From contig CM119269.1 in NCBI GenBank assembly GCA_051294375.1, forward strand, positions 3,266,026-3,330,025: a stretch of DNA of 64,000 bases, read 5' to 3'. The notes beneath the pieces are model-generated. The model worked only from the letters and a program-made list of their open reading frames with translations, made no database searches and was not told the origin of the DNA. The translations under genes were made by a program, and so were the position numbers. Source of the stretch: Paraspadella gotoi. Its lineage: Eukaryota; Animalia; Chaetognatha. Below are positions 1 to 14,003 of the stretch, piece after piece (positions within the stretch are counted from its first letter, which is position 1; each line of letters begins with the position of its first letter).

Positions 1-37
1 AAGGTTGGGTGGCGCGATAGAAGGATAATGGAAGACA

Positions 38-310
38 CTATCGGTGGAAGCGGAACTGAATCCGGTAAAGCGAATATGAATGGTGGAACGGAACTGCGAT
101 CGGTAGAAGCGAAGATAGAAATGGGTGGAAGCGGAACTGAGATCGGTGGAAGCGTGAAATGAAATTAATGGTAGTGAATATGAGAAATCGATGGAATGAA
201 AAGTAGATCAGTAGAAGTGGAAATTCAGATCGGTGGGAAGCGTAAATAGAAGGGCGGGGAGCGGAAATGAGATCGCGATGTGGAAAAGGACTACGGTGGA
301 AGCGAGAGGG
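38..310. repeat. Degenerate ~21-bp tandem repeat (consensus ~GATCGGTGGAAGCGGAACTGA)
   Basis: Recurring cggtggaagcg / gaactgagat units; the minus-strand ORF 38..409 repeats RFHR-like words for this reason. Confidence 0.7.
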
Positions 311-2789
311 ACGGATGAGGATTCCTAGAGCATAAAAAAAAATTGTGCAGATCAATTGTTTGTTTAATTCCATTTCATACGTAGCCGTACATACACTATA
401 CCACGTCAACCAATATCGAAACTGTCCGACTCTGCAAAAGAAACAGAGAAAGCGCAGAAAAAAGAAAAATATCTCGAGAGGACAAAGTTTCAGTTCGATT
501 TTTTCTCTTTAATAAAAAAAAAAATCGAAGTTTATGTTTTTGCTAAAAAACATCATCGATCAAGACTTTTGCGCTCTCTTTTAATGAGAGCGCCACTGGG
601 CGAGAGATGAGAGAGTGGGGGAAGGGAAGGGGATCATCGTTTAGGGCAAGGGAAGAGGCATGCCGTCGGTAGTACGAGTCAACAAATATCTCTTTTTGAC
701 TAGGGAAACGGGAGGAAAATGTCAACACGAGGGTAATTGACACCCCGACCCCGAATCTACTAATTCCCTCTCTTGGTCTCGTGCGTATTTTCTCGAAACC
801 TCAAACGGATCACTTACTGGAAAGAGAGATTTCACCCCTCTTGTCAACACTTTCAAACCCAACAGTGCCGAATTAAAACCCACCGGAAATCTTCACCTCG
901 CAACTTCCTCCCCCAGTATCGCCCGCATAAATACCCATGGTTTAATTGCGTAAACAGGGTTCTTTTTGTTTTTTCATCCCCGTGCATTCATTTCCTCTTC
1001 TCTCTCTCTTCTCTCTCATCTCTCTCTTTCTCTCTCCTCTCGCTCTCCTCTCCCTCTCTCTCTCCATCTTCTCTCTCCTCTCTCTTCTCCTCCTCCCTCT
1101 CTCCTCATCTCTCTCTCTCCCCCCCGCGCCCCCCTCCTCGTCCGTCCTCTTCTCTCCCTCCTCTCTCTCTTCTCTCTCCCACTTTCATCTCTCACCCATC
1201 CGGGCCTTTCCTCTCTTCCTCTCTTCGAGTTGAGAATTTTCGACTTGAAGAAGAAAGGAAAAGTTCGATTTTTTATTTAAAAGCGCCCTTCTTTTAATGA
1301 GATGGAAAGTAAAAAAAAATTAATGAGTAATAAAGAAACAGTCTATGTCTCCCAGCCTCTTCTTTATCTCCCTTTCAACGCTCCTCAATTTCCTCCGCTA
1401 CTCTCGCCCCCCCCTCATGCCTGAAGGACAATCAATGAACTTCTCTGGGTGTCGCCAGAGCGCGCCACGATCGCTCTCGCCTCGCCACGCCAAAAGCTTT
1501 TTCCCCCATATTCTGTTCCCTTGTTCCGATTTGTATTGGTCAGGGACAAAATGAACAGAGGGATTTTAAGACCGAGCGTTCAGTGACTCGAAAAAAAGCG
1601 TTGGAATTCGAGGCCTTTGTATGCCCCTCGTAAACGTTCAAATGGAACTCCCTTTATCTCTATCTCTATCTCCTGTTTTATATCTCCCTCTTCGCTACGT
1701 CTGATTCTCGGTTCGTTCAATTGAAGTTAGTCCCAAGACGATGACAAAAGGGTCAGCTAACAAAGAACAATTTAAGTGAATGCGTTATACATTAACGAAA
1801 AAAAATAAAATAGAGAGAGAGAATGAGAAGAGAGAAGAGAAGAGAGGAGAAAGAGAGAGAGAAGAGAAGACGAGAGAGAGAAAGAGACGAGAAGAGAGAG
1901 AGAGAGAGAGTGCATCCTTAACCCTTTTTCTACTCCGTCAAATCGTGCCTCCTCCTGAGCGCTCATGCTAGGGCGTGTTTCGCTTCGGACTCTCTCTCTC
2001 TCGCGCGGTCTCGCTCTCCCTGCTACCCACTCCCTTTCACGTCGTCGGCAAGTGGATTCGATATAAATTACGAGCTTGTTTCCTCTCGTCATGGTCGATG
2101 ATTCAAAAGTTTTTTTTTTACATGCGACAGGAGGAGGAAAGAAAAGACCGCGTGACGATGGCTGGAAGATAACGTCATGGCGGACATGCCAAGACGACGG
2201 CGACAGCGATTGAAACGTCCCAGACGCCGAGATTTTGTATTCATCTCTTTCCTCTCATCTCGATTTACCCCTCAATGTGAGACTTCGAGGAGTTGTTAGT
2301 AGGAGCGCTTTGTCGCCGAGGCGGTTTTCTTTTTTAGTAGTTGTCCCTTTTGGTGTAAATCTAGAGTGCAAAATTGTTTTTTGTATTTATATCACAGATA
2401 AAGAAAGATGAAAAGGGTTTTTTGGTGACTTTCTGCTCCTTCTATAAATACGCATGGGATGAGTGATGATGATGAACGGCGATGACGAATACTGAAAAGT
2501 GAAAGTAAATTGAGCAGTGTTAAATCATTTTGTAAAAGTTGAAAGACAATAGAAATATTGATTAAATAGTAATAAAAGATTTAAAAACAAACCAAATTGG
2601 TTTTTTAAGAAAAATTAGGGCGTATTAATCTCCTTTTTTTCGTTGAAGACGTAAAAAAAACAAATGGAGCCAACGCAGCAACTGCGCAAAATACTGCAGC
2701 GATAAAAACAAAACGACGACCTAAAAAGAACTGCCTCCCCTCCCCCATTCACGGGTCATCCAATGGATCCAGACGAAGATTCGACGAGG

Positions 2790-3366
2790 AAAAACAAGGA
2801 AGGCATGGATTTATTCGACCATTCGTCGTGGTCCATCGACTTGTCTGCACTGGTCGGCCGCCTCCGCCGTTGCAAGCAGTGCCACTTCGCCATAAGCGGA
2901 TTCACCGATGCCGCAGACGCGCGGCACACTAGTACGCTAAATATGTTTTCAGTCGGAGTCCATCAAGGGAGAACAACGGCGAAAGCTTCTAGTCGCCGAC
3001 CGTCGGGAGAATAAACGATTTCAATTTCATTTAATGTCTTCAATTTCATGTTGTCCGCTGTGTCTGGAGAGAAGCCCTTTTCTATGGTAATTACTATTGC
3101 GAGCAAGAATTTAATGCAATTCAATGACGCATTATTTTATTATTATATTTTAAATTATCTTCTCCTTTTCTTATAAGAATTTCGTTTTGTGAAACGGACG
3201 TTAAATCTCGAAATTTCGAGTATTCGTGATGAATAAACATTAATCTTCTCCTGACCGATTGGGCGCGATTCGCTGCAGCGCCCTTTCGCACGCCGCGCAA
3301 TTTTTTTTTTTTATATATCAGTTTCCATTCGATTTGCACGCCGATATAATTATCGATCTTTTCTCG

Positions 3367-3397
<31 letters not shown>

Positions 3398-3537
3398 GGA
3401 GGTGTCTCGAGTCGTTCTCCTCTCTCGCTCTTCTCTCGTGCAACGGCGCCAATACGGTCGCCCATACTGACCATCGAGAATCAAGAACGTGGATGTCAAC
3501 GGTGACCGCGGTCGATCATCTGGCGCCCTCGACAACC
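2790..3537 (+). CDS. Putative thrombospondin-N/laminin-G (TSPN) domain exons of the collagen gene (~2790-2900 and ~3400-3537), indel-corrupted
   Basis: Allowing indels, the pieces read ...HFAI(S/G)-VSSRSLSLFLSCNG...RIKNVDVNG...GALDN, resembling the TSPN segment WHRIALSV..NVTLILDC...MIDING..FG of collagen V/XI; GTATGG donor at 3538. Inference from noisy sequence. Confidence 0.35.
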
Positions 3538-3685
3538 GTATGGTCAAAAGGGGGGCGTTGAGGGGGACGGTTCAGACAAACAAACGATAACAAACCTCCG
3601 GCCTGGAAATGCAGAGGAGATTCGTATGATTACATACGTGATGTGGAGGCTTTGGGAGATAGGCGCGCGCTGAAGAACGGGAGAA

Positions 3686-3710
3686 NNNNNNNNNNNNNNN
3701 NNNNNNNNNN
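3686..3710. other. 25-N assembly spacer
   Basis: Exactly 25 N; same length at 19974, 31495, 43563, 53025 and 61413. Confidence 0.99.
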
Positions 3711-4720
3711 AAAAAGTAAACAAAACGAAAGACTGTCAACAAAAGAGCAATTTTTTTCCCTTTCACCCTAAATCTCAGCAACGCGGGAATTTAGTGAATT
3801 AGAAAATCGTGGATATTTTCAACGTCAGGATACGACGTTATTTTGTTTGCAAAATTAAATTTCGTTTGTGACGTTCGGTTGAAGTCGCGCGTTGGTCCAT
3901 TTGTCAAAACAGTCACGAAAAGTGAAAAGGAGGATCGTCTTACTTTCACATATGTAGCCTCGCTTGAGTGCGAAAATCACAGTCAGCGTGAATACTTCGT
4001 ACACTTAAACGACTGCGATTCACGAGAGTTTCCTAACGAATCCTATGAAATTTTATGTTAATAACGCATTATAACGAATTAACTAAGAACACATGGGTTG
4101 GAGACTACGACGTTTAATGAAATGAAAGTGCAACTATATCGACGTTGAAAGCACTTCAAAAGAAGGCGGGTCTATTGACAATAATGAATGGTAAATGATG
4201 ATAATTTACGAATTTGAATTTTAAAAACGAATTGGTGAATCTAAGATTAGTTTAATAAGGGTTTGGATAGTTAACTCTTAGTTTCTCGTTAATTCTCACT
4301 CTCCAAACCATTTTTAATAAAGAGAATTATTTCTTACTTTATCTAATTTTCTCCAAAGCATCGTACAGCTTCGGTACAAACGTCACTCCATTATCTCTCA
4401 TCATTATTCGTCCATTCATAGGTCAATCGGTCGATTTTTTTTACCGCTTTCCATCCACTCCATTATTTGTCACTCCATTCATGCCTTTTTTTTTATAAAC
4501 TCCACACCATTCCTTTTTATTTGTCTCTTCATTTTCTCATATTAATTTCTTAATTTCACTTCATTTAACACTCTTCACTCAATCTAACATTATTTTTAAC
4601 GGCATATTTATTTCCATTCGTCACTCCATTCATCTCTCATATTTATTTCATTCGTCAAACCATTCATAACCCATATCATGCATTCAATCGCTTCGTATAT
4701 ATCGCCATCTTGTTTGTTTA

Positions 4721-4819
4721 TTATCAACAAAAAGGGAAACGACGAATCAAAACGTCGGGAGCCTCTTCGAATTATCAACAAAGGGAAACGACGAATCAAA
4801 ACGTCGGGGAGCCTCTTCG
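4721..4819. repeat. ~50-bp direct tandem duplication
   Basis: ttatcaacaaa(aa)gggaaacgacgaatcaaaacgtcggg(g)agcctcttcg occurs twice back to back. Confidence 0.9.
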
Positions 4820-5420
4820 CCGTCGCTCTCCGACCGAAAGATCTCTTGTTTTTTGGGTTTTTTTTCTTAGAATTTCGATTTCATACAAAAGTCGGCTCGA
4901 TTGAAACGTTTAGAATCTTAAATACTTAACGTCCGGATTTAACAAAACAAAATTCGAGGTGATCGCGTCACGAACGGTGGAGATCACAAAAAATTGTCAA
5001 AAGCGACGGGTTGGAGGAAAGGCGAAATCGGCGGGATCTTGGTCAACTCCAGCAACATCTTCTTCGGAGCTTTATTCTCCATGAGCCTACTCCATCAAGT
5101 TGACGACGACGAATCTGCCTTTATCATTGATCTAAAACCGATCGTTCATCGATAGGTCATCGGATCGATCCTGAATCGACTTCTATTTTATGATATCTGT
5201 CGTTATTGATTTTTTTTTCATTTTTCGGGAATATTTCGGGTTTGTCTTTTTTTAAAAAATTTATCCTCGAGGGCGACTGCTTACATAAGGGGTCGTCGTA
5301 TAAACAACAAACCGCAAACAAAGACCAAGGTGAAGTAAAAAAGAAAGGAAGTCGGGGGAAGGGAAGGGGGGGACAAGAAGGAAGAGAGAGAGAGAAGAGA
5401 GAGGAGAGAGGAGAGAGAGA

Positions 5421-5454
<34 letters not shown>

Positions 5455-6543
5455 AAGAAACGCGCGAGACCGTCTGGGATTTAATTTTCTCTTTCTCCGA
5501 TCCAACGATTGTGAGTCCCTCTTTCGTCTTCATCTTTGAATCGAGAAGGAGCGGCCTTCAATTTTTCCTTTCAATTGCATACAATCGTAAAAATTATAAA
5601 AAAAGAAATTTAAAGACGAGCCGAACGAAAAAAAAAAAGAAAAAAAGAAAAAAACGAAAAAAAAAATTTTTGATTTCGCTCTTTATCGATTCGTTTAAAA
5701 TTACGTAAACAAAATGGAAAACGTCGTTTTATTTTTCGACATTTTACGCGTTTTTTATAACGATGCTTTACAAAAAAAATCATTCTACGAGGATAATTTC
5801 TCTTTCGGCGTAGTGATTGGTTTTCCCGATGGCTTATAAACGTTACAGCACGATGTTTGATTCTCACGAACATGTGCTGACTCATCTGCCGACACATTCA
5901 CCGACACATGCCGCAACTCAATATGTGACGACGAATCTACGACTGAAAAAAAAACCGCAACGAGTGAAGCAGAGATTTCGAGAATATCGATCGCATATCT
6001 CATTATTGTATGAAGATATGATAAATTTCTAACTGTTTTTTTTTGTTTATGTCATTACAAATTTTATTACATTTTATTTCGTTACAACAATCCTAAACGA
6101 GCCTAACAATAAATATTATTATAATTAAAAAGATAAATTAATACGTACGCGAAATGATTCCGTTTTACTCGAAACTCAAAGACGAATTTTAAGGAAATTT
6201 ATTTTTTTTAAATGCGGCGCAGAGAAGAAGTTGATCTCGATCAAAGGTAAGGCGAAAGATTTCGTTACTTGAGCCTCACTTATATATAAATAAAAGATTT
6301 GGAAAAAAGAAAAAAAGTAAGTTACAAACTTAATCATGGTTCAAATTATAAGTATTGAGAATTCTAGGAGAAATTTTTCTCTGCAAAATTATTTTTCATA
6401 TTTTTTCTAACACACTTCCTCTGTCTTTTCATTCTCTTCTCTCTTCTCTCTCTCTCTCTTCTTCTCTCTCTCCTCTCTCTCATTTCTCTCTCTCTCTCTC
6501 TCTCTCTTCTCTTCTCTCTTTTTTTCTCCCTTTCACCCCTCAG

Positions 6544-7778
6544 AATCCCCCTCATACCTCATCTCTCATTCGCCTCACGTGTGGAGAAACCGAATAATCT
6601 TCGTCGCGACTACGAAACCCACGCGTCGCCTTTTGCGTCGTCGTCGTCGTCGTCGTCGGCGCCCCAATCTTCTCTCTACCCACTCTCGCCGACCCACCAC
6701 CCCGGCCTCCTCAACCACCCCGACAAACCCTATCCTTCGAAACCCCCCGACAAGCCCCATCGGGATCCCTCGTTCTTCGAGATCGAAAGGGACCCGATCG
6801 TTTCGTCCACCGGCGGGCGACCCTCGCGACGCAGCCTCGGGGCGTCGGCGAAAGACCCGTCTCGACGATCGCTTCGACCCGACGAGACTCGGCGTCCAAA
6901 CTCTCCGTCGACGATCGCGAAGAGCGACGGAATCTCTCGGCTTCGTTGTCTTCCTATCCAAAGTTCTCTTTCAGCCAGTATCCCCTCTCTTCCTCTTCCT
7001 CCACTCCTCTAAAATCATGCGCCGTTCTTCCTCCCTCCTCCGCCTCAGCAAGACTCTGACGACGACGGCGACGACGCCCGCCACTCAAGATGCTGGCGGC
7101 CGCGTTCCCACGTCGACGACGCCGGAGAGGATTCGTCCGCCGAAACGCGCCGCGTCGGCGTGGCCTGAGGCGCCTGTTACACGCCTTTCTCAGCGTCGCC
7201 TGGCTTGCCTGCTTTGGTGCGCTGATGTGTTCTTCGGCGCCGAATTGACGGCGCTCCGGCTGCCAAATTCGAATCCTCAACGAAACGAAATCACGACGAG
7301 GAAATTATCCACGCCCTGCTTGGGGCGCACTCGAGATGGCGGCGGCGCGGTGGGCGAGAGGCGAGCGAAGGCGTGAGAGACGGGGATGAGTTGTTGTAAC
7401 GATTGAAATTAAAAACAGACTATGCAAATTTTAAAAACCTTTTTATACATGTAGGTAATGTCAAGAAATTTAAAAATAATAAAAATCCTTACTTTAATAT
7501 TCGTACAATTTTCATTTTATCATTCTATGCTAATTTCTCTGTCTGTTCAGCGTCGAGCGAAATTACGGCGCCGAAAGACCGAGCTCGGAAATCGGACGGC
7601 GCCGGGCGCGCCGCGAGACGGACCTCAACCCACTCTAGATCCCGTCGAAGCGTCCATCAGTTGGAGAGCTAACGGGATCGCCATCCCCGCCCACATCAAC
7701 GAATACGTCGGCAAAGCCATCCCATCTTACTGTCGGCACGACTGGGGCGGGAGTGGGGGCCCGTTTTCCACCCAAACG
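6544..7778 (+). CDS. Probable Ser/Pro/Thr-rich N-propeptide linker exons of the collagen gene (~6544-7372 and ~7550-7778)
   Basis: GC-rich islands after pyrimidine tracts ending in CAG (6541-6543, 7547-7549) with GT donors after them; ORF fragments such as PDKPYPSKPPDKPHRDP; lie directly upstream of Gly-X-Y exons; frames broken by indels. Confidence 0.45.
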
Positions 7779-7900
7779 GTGTGAGGGCGAAGGTTGGGCC
7801 AATGGCAAGCGCAAATGTTGTGTCGGTTTAGGTTATATTTATTTTACTATTTCTTTATTAGTATTGTTTATATCCAACCTTTGCTCCTGTCTACTCCCAG

Positions 7901-10069
7901 TCCACAAGTTCATTGCGTGCCGCAATCCCTCCCGCCCGACGTCGGGCATCTCCAATACTTGATTGATCCGCCCCGCTTTTTGGAAACTCCGGGGCTCCAA
8001 GGCCGGATTGCCCCCCGGGTCCGCCGGCCCTCCCGGGCAAGGGGCAGGAGGGGAGAGAGAGCCTTCCGGGTGAGTTAGGAGTTAAAAATGTAAAATGTGC
8101 TGGGAAAGAGAGAGAAGAGAGAGAAGAGAGAGAGAGGAGAGAGAGAGAGTTAGAGAGGAAAGAAGAGGAGAGAAGAAGAGAAGACAGGAGAGAGACGAAG
8201 AGAGGAGGAGAGAAAAGAGAGAGAGAGAGAGAGAAATGCAAACAGGATAATTGTTGAAATCTACTTTTTTTTGATCCAGGTCCCGTGGTTTGGATGGCAA
8301 AAAACGGTTTCAGGCCCTATGGGAAATGGAGGGCCGCCTGGGCAGCAGTCTCCCCGCCCGGCTGGCCCCAAAGGAGAAAATCCGGAGAGGGCGAACCTCG
8401 TGCTGAAATCCCTGGACGTGAGCGATCGAGACTTCACGCAAGAGTTACAACACCTACAAGCGTTCCGTCCCTACCCGATGGAGCCTCGGTGACGGAAGCA
8501 CACATCGCCATCAAGGGCGAACCCGGCACCGGTCGTCCCGGCTCGTTGGGCAGGCCCGGAAACATCGCCATCCCGGCCAAGCCCCGGCACAAGGGCGAAC
8601 ATGGGGACTCACGGGGTCAAAGGAAGAGAGAGGACCAGGTGGGCCCCACCAGGAAATCCAGGACTTCCCGGGAAGAGAGCGTTCCATCGGGTTTACGCGG
8701 CAACAAGGGCGAGAAGGAGAAGTCGATAGTAGTGGACAATCCGGATTCATGGAGTGGATCTGAGCAGGTCCAGCCCCGGAACACCTGCCCCCCTGTCCTC
8801 CGGCGGTTCCACCTGGGAGAGATGGCAATCAGGAACGCGCGCCGGCCAAGTGGTTACCCCGGATAAAGGGAGGAATCCGGCTAGAGAGGTCGCCAGGCTA
8901 TCCTCGGCACTAATGGGGAGAGAGGCATCCGCGCCCGAGGAATTCCGGGACACCAGAGCAGGTGACAAAGGGGAACTTGGATCTCAAGGAAAGATGGGCC
9001 GCCTGGGGTTCCAGGGAGAGGATGGAACCGTGGAAAAATCAGGTAAAGGGCTTTTTGACTTGTTTTTGATTGGAACTCGATATTTAACTGAAGATTTTGC
9101 ATGTTTTAAGGTTGATTAGAAATATGTATAATTATTGCCTAAGGGAAATTGGTTCATCCTTGCTGCATTGTGTCCAATGTAATATTCATCCTCATTATCC
9201 AGGCATTATGAACGCCTGGTTACCCCCGTGCCAAGGGAGAGCCTGGATTTCAGGGTTCCAGGCCCGATCGGAGCTCCAGCATGCCGGGGAAGCGCGTCAG
9301 GCGCTGGGAAGGAGCGGTACGGAGATGGGTATGGTTACGGAGATGGATTTTGGTGGTGGCCACCGGCCACCGGACCACCAGGGCCAATGGGCATGATTGG
9401 GCTGCAAGGACCTCCAGGTACTGTAACTGAATTTGCCAATCAATTGTTGCAAAATACTTCAAGGAAAGCAAATCCTTTTCAGGTTTTTGTTGTAAAAAAA
9501 AGGTTTCGGAAAATCGAAGGCATTAATTACTTTTAATTTTATTGAATTATAATTCAATCAGGTATCAAAGGCGATCGCCGATGAGCAAGGCCCAAAGGCG
9601 AAATGTTCCAAGGGGATTTTGGGCCACCCGGCCCAATTGGGACTTCCAGCCGTCTGTGAAAGGATGGATCGGGAAGGAGGCCCTACGCTTCCGCCTACAC
9701 ATCGTCTAAGTGTTGGGGCCCCGTCGTAATGGGCCCCCCAGGACCTCCCGGCCCTCCAGTCGTCGAAAAGGAGTCAAAGGGGACGAATGGCCGGACGGCT
9801 GGGCGTGCCGGACTGAAGGGCGATCCGTGGCGAACATAGGGGCGACCCGGACATCCGGGCGTTCAAGGCGAGTCGCGGAATAAGGGTGGAAGAGCCCGGA
9901 AGGGACCTCCGGCCGTCTGGCCCGATGGGAGGAAGGGGTGAGCCCAGGCAAGCCGCTGTGGTGGCAGGAAGAACAAGGGGGAGAAAGTCTAAGGATGCCC
10001 GGACTTGGACGCCCCTTGTCCGCTCGGCCCGAACGGCTCCCCCCGCCGGCTGCGGTGGCGACCTCTCAG
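7901..10069 (+). CDS. Collagen triple-helical exons (approx. 7901-8069, 8280-9042, 9203-9417, 9562-10069); fibrillar clade B (V/XI)-like, partial, many frameshifts
   Basis: Gly-X-Y runs such as GPMGNGGPPG, GPKGE, IAIKGEPG..GRPGSLGRPG, GDKGELGSQGKMGRLGFQGEDG, GPPGPMGMIGLQGPPG; a short minor helix, a non-helical break ending EAHIAIKG (cf. QARLALRG of COL5A1), then the long helix; AG/GT boundaries. Confidence 0.85.
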
Positions 10070-12309
10070 GTGACACCGAAAAGAATTAAGACAACAGATT
10101 TCGTTCTTAAAAATTAAAACAAGGCTTTCCCATAAATCGTAATTAGAAGTTTGGAAAACGTACTAAAACAAAAAAACACGTTAGTCCCCCCAAGTTTTTG
10201 CGTCAACATTTTATTAAGACTCCTGCGTAGGAAAATTATATTCAATTAGAATTTTTTGTTAAAAATAATTCTTGTTTTTGTTATAATTAATTTATTATTA
10301 AACTTTTTTCAAACTTTTCCTTTTTCATAATCAATCAAGTGACGTGTTTTCATATTTGTGCATTTTCTAATTTTTCTCTCTATTCTTTTTCTATAACTAG
10401 TAGTGTTAGACTTATTGTTTTATATTTTTCAAAGTAGTTCTTAGAAATGTACCACAGAATGATTTAGAGTTAGTTTAAAAAACTTGAAACATACAACGAA
10501 TTAGTTGTAGTTAAGCAGCCTATTATTTCTCTTATTGTATTAACTTTTTTTTTTTAGATCTATATTGGTAGGTTTGGAATTATTTGATCCTTGGAAAGTT
10601 AAGATATTTTCGACCGTTCTGCAAAGAAAAAAAATAAAACTATTTACCCATATAGTCACTTGAGTATTCCGAAATGATTTTTTTTAAACCAAATTAAAGA
10701 TCAAGAACTAAGGCTCCCTGCGTGGTTAGGATTTCAAGACACATTGTGTCTTTTTGGTATCATTCGTCGGTAAGAGTCGCTTTAGGCCTGGTAAAAAAAA
10801 AAATAAATAAAAAAGATAAAAGAAATTAAATCAATTTGTAAACATTCCTTTTGAAATGATTGTCATCAAATTTAGGTAAGTATTTTTATGACATAAAAAA
10901 AACATATCTCCGTTGAGAATTCTTCCCTTTTTAAAACCTTTAACCCGCGTATTTCATTATAGGATGTGTTGCCAATGCGGAATTCGACAAATCTATCATA
11001 CGCTTTGTATAGAGTTGTGAGCCTACTAAGAATAGCAATTAAAAGCTTCGCGCCATCTACTTTAGTAAATCTTAAATAATATTTTGTTCTTTAATCTAAT
11101 TTTTATGGTCTCGACACCCCTCAACTTTTTTCGACTGTTGAGCGCATAACGTTAATTCCCCTGCTTTGCAGTGTCGGTTGTCATTTCAGCATGTCTCGCT
11201 GACATTCCCTAAATATTTTTAAACACGAACTCGTTTGCCGTGAAAGTAGATGTACTACATTCTGAAACCCTCATTTCGGTTAACATACGATTTCTAGTTC
11301 CAAACCCAAGCTAACACAGAGCGATTCTTAAACGTTTAATAACTGTAGAGATTATTCCGTAAAGGTTTTTGGAAAAGCTATAATAAGTCTTTTTTCTCAG
11401 TGTAACAGAGGCGCCCCGGTTACGTATGCTCCGTAATGTTAGACTTTAAATTTCATTGTTTACTTGGAAAAAAAGACCAATTACCTTCTTTAGTCTAATT
11501 TTCACGCAAAGAGCTGCCTTGTTAGAGAAAATTTGTCAAGCAAAAAAAACCCCAAAAAAAAAGACTCTCAAGTCGAGGGAAATGTAATCTTCTATCCAGT
11601 TTGTAATTAAAATAAAATATCGTTTGATGTTATCTATCTACGATGTTTTTTTTTTTAAACTTTAATCTTGATTACCAAACGCGAATTATCGTATTTATTC
11701 TGCATACTATCGAAGTGTTTGTAAATATATATGTTATTAATATTAGAAAAGCTTTGTTGTTCACATTATATTTACTTACTACAACTTTATAAGTAAATAA
11801 AAGAAGATTAGGAAGTACTGTTTTCACAATCGATGACAAATAAGAACGACAGTGTTATCAAAGAAATGATTGAGCTTAAATCCTAATTCACGTTTGCTTA
11901 CACTTCAACAGTCGATTAATACGATTTTCATTTTAAAAACGCTATTTTTTTCTTTAACACGTATTCGCTATGACACATTGATAAAGAATAAATATTTTAG
12001 CAATTTCTAGAAAAATAAATAAACTACGATATTCTCATAGAAATAATGTTCTTGCAGAGGAGAAACCAAAATTAAGTGCGCTCATTTTAATTTGTTTATA
12101 TTTAAAATATGAATAAAAATAGAAAAATGTCGTTTTGGGTTTCTTCCTCATCCGACTTTCCTTTCGGATTCCTTTAAGGGAGAGTATCGTTATCTTTGAG
12201 CAAGATTCTCACATTAGCTTGTTTCAAACAAAACTCGCTGAAAAAAATTTTGTCCTGACGAAAAAAAAGAAAAGCGCAATTGACAGGAGCAAATGAACCG
12301 ACCCCTTAA

Positions 12310-14003
12310 ATAGTCAATTTAAAAGAAAAAAAATTCGATAGAATTTTCCCCATTCATCGCATTGCTTCTTCTTGAGACCCAAATTTTCTTGCAGATTCTT
12401 GGAGGGCGAGACTTTCTGAATCGGAAATCTGCCATTTCCGTGGAGAAAATACAGATAGAGCAGTGCGCTTGCGCTTGCGCGCGACACTCATTTGTCGACT
12501 ACTTCTTTTCGAGAAAGAGAAAATGTTTCCGAAGCCGTTGACAGTTGAGAGCGTTCATTAAAAGGGCCGCTCTTCAGTTGACGAAGGCAGAGTTCCACCG
12601 CCGACAAAGAGCCCCTCAGCATGAAGATGGCCTCGTCAGTCAGTCGACGAGCCTCTCCGGTCATCTGAAAAACAGATGTTGGGAAAAGGAAGATATATAA
12701 TATAAAACATTAAACATAAAATAAGGACTGCGAAAATGGACAATTGTCCAAACAGTCTCAACGATCTTGTTTTCATGGTCGATTAAATTTAAAAAGTTAT
12801 GTATACTTACAAAAAACTTCTTATATACAATATAATTTTCAAACCTATGGTCAATGGCTCAACGGCATCTTACTTGTTTTGTGTCCCAAGTATACTAGGA
12901 CTATGGACCGTTAAATATGTTAAACTCTCGTCTAAAATGGCTCCATCCTTTTCTCAACAGTGTATTTCCTCCCTTTTCACATGACTCGTCCTCCCTGGGC
13001 TCTCTCAATCTCCAGTCCGCGCATACACTCTCCTTTCTATGGTTCTTCTGATTCAGTAGATTCGTTATATTGCTGGGGATCTTTAAACGCTCGCTTGCCA
13101 TTCTACCGCCGCTTGCCGCCTCTCATGCTGCCTGCCGCCTCCGTTTCGCTCTGCTGCCTCCAGCCGTCCGCCGCCCCCGACCTGTTTCGTTTTCTCCGCT
13201 GGCCGTCAGTTCGTTCAATGTGTGGTCGAAGAAGATCCGTGAGCAAGTTGCGCTTTCCCCTCGAGCGGATTTCGTCGGTCGTCCGATTGGCGTCGCGGGT
13301 CGGTCGATCTCTCCACGGAGCGTCGGCAATTACGCCAAAATGTACCCGCATAATAGAGTCGTCGATGTCGTCCGCTTGGCTGGGCGTCGTTCGCCTAGCT
13401 ACCTCTCTTTCCTCAGCCTCATCGTTTCTCTCTTCCTCTCTTTCCTCCATTCTTTTCCCTTTTCTCTCTTCCTCCATCCGTATCGATCCTCATTTCCCTC
13501 TTCATTCTTCCTCTCTCTCTCCTCCCTCTCTCTCTCATCTCTCCTCCGATTCCGTCTCCTCCTCTTCCTCCCCCACTCTCTCTTTCGCCTTCCTCACCAT
13601 CTTCTCCGCCTCCGGCCTCCGATGAATCGCTTCCAACATCCTCCTCGTTCGCCTCCGCGTCCGAGGAAGCTTCCGCGAAGACTCCTCATCTCTCTTCTGG
13701 GGAAGATTCCGCAGTTGCTCCTCAGAAATTCCAACAGAGTCGGAGGAGGATCGTCGAGGGCGTTTTAGAGGGGGAGAGATCGGAGACTCGTCACCGAATC
13801 GAGAGAGAAAAGCGGAGGCCCGAGGAAGCGATTTCGACAGCAGCTCCGTCGAAGCCGACTGCGGCGCGCTTCAGGCACCGACTCCCGCCGCGGCGCCACT
13901 TCGATCGCGCCCACGTACGGGCCGATAACCGACGCCGGAAAGGACGAACGAGGAAGAGCAGATGAGCGAGGAAAGAGAAGAGGAAGAATTGTTTAGAGAT
14001 CTA
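12310..14003 (-). CDS. Unknown secreted precursor gene, copy 1 (indel-noisy)
   Basis: Reverse complement of the model at 39873-41505; minus ORF 13103..13477 contains DEIRSRGKRNLLTDLLRPH. Confidence 0.5.

Noticed and set aside
4955-5175. GC-richer island as a further collagen TSPN exon (GQLQQ-like words)
   Set aside because: No convincing splice sites or consistent frame; similarity too weak to call
7901-10069. Collagen as a pseudogene
   Set aside because: The frameshifts have the same single-base indel character seen between redundant copies elsewhere in the window, so sequencing error is more parsimonious
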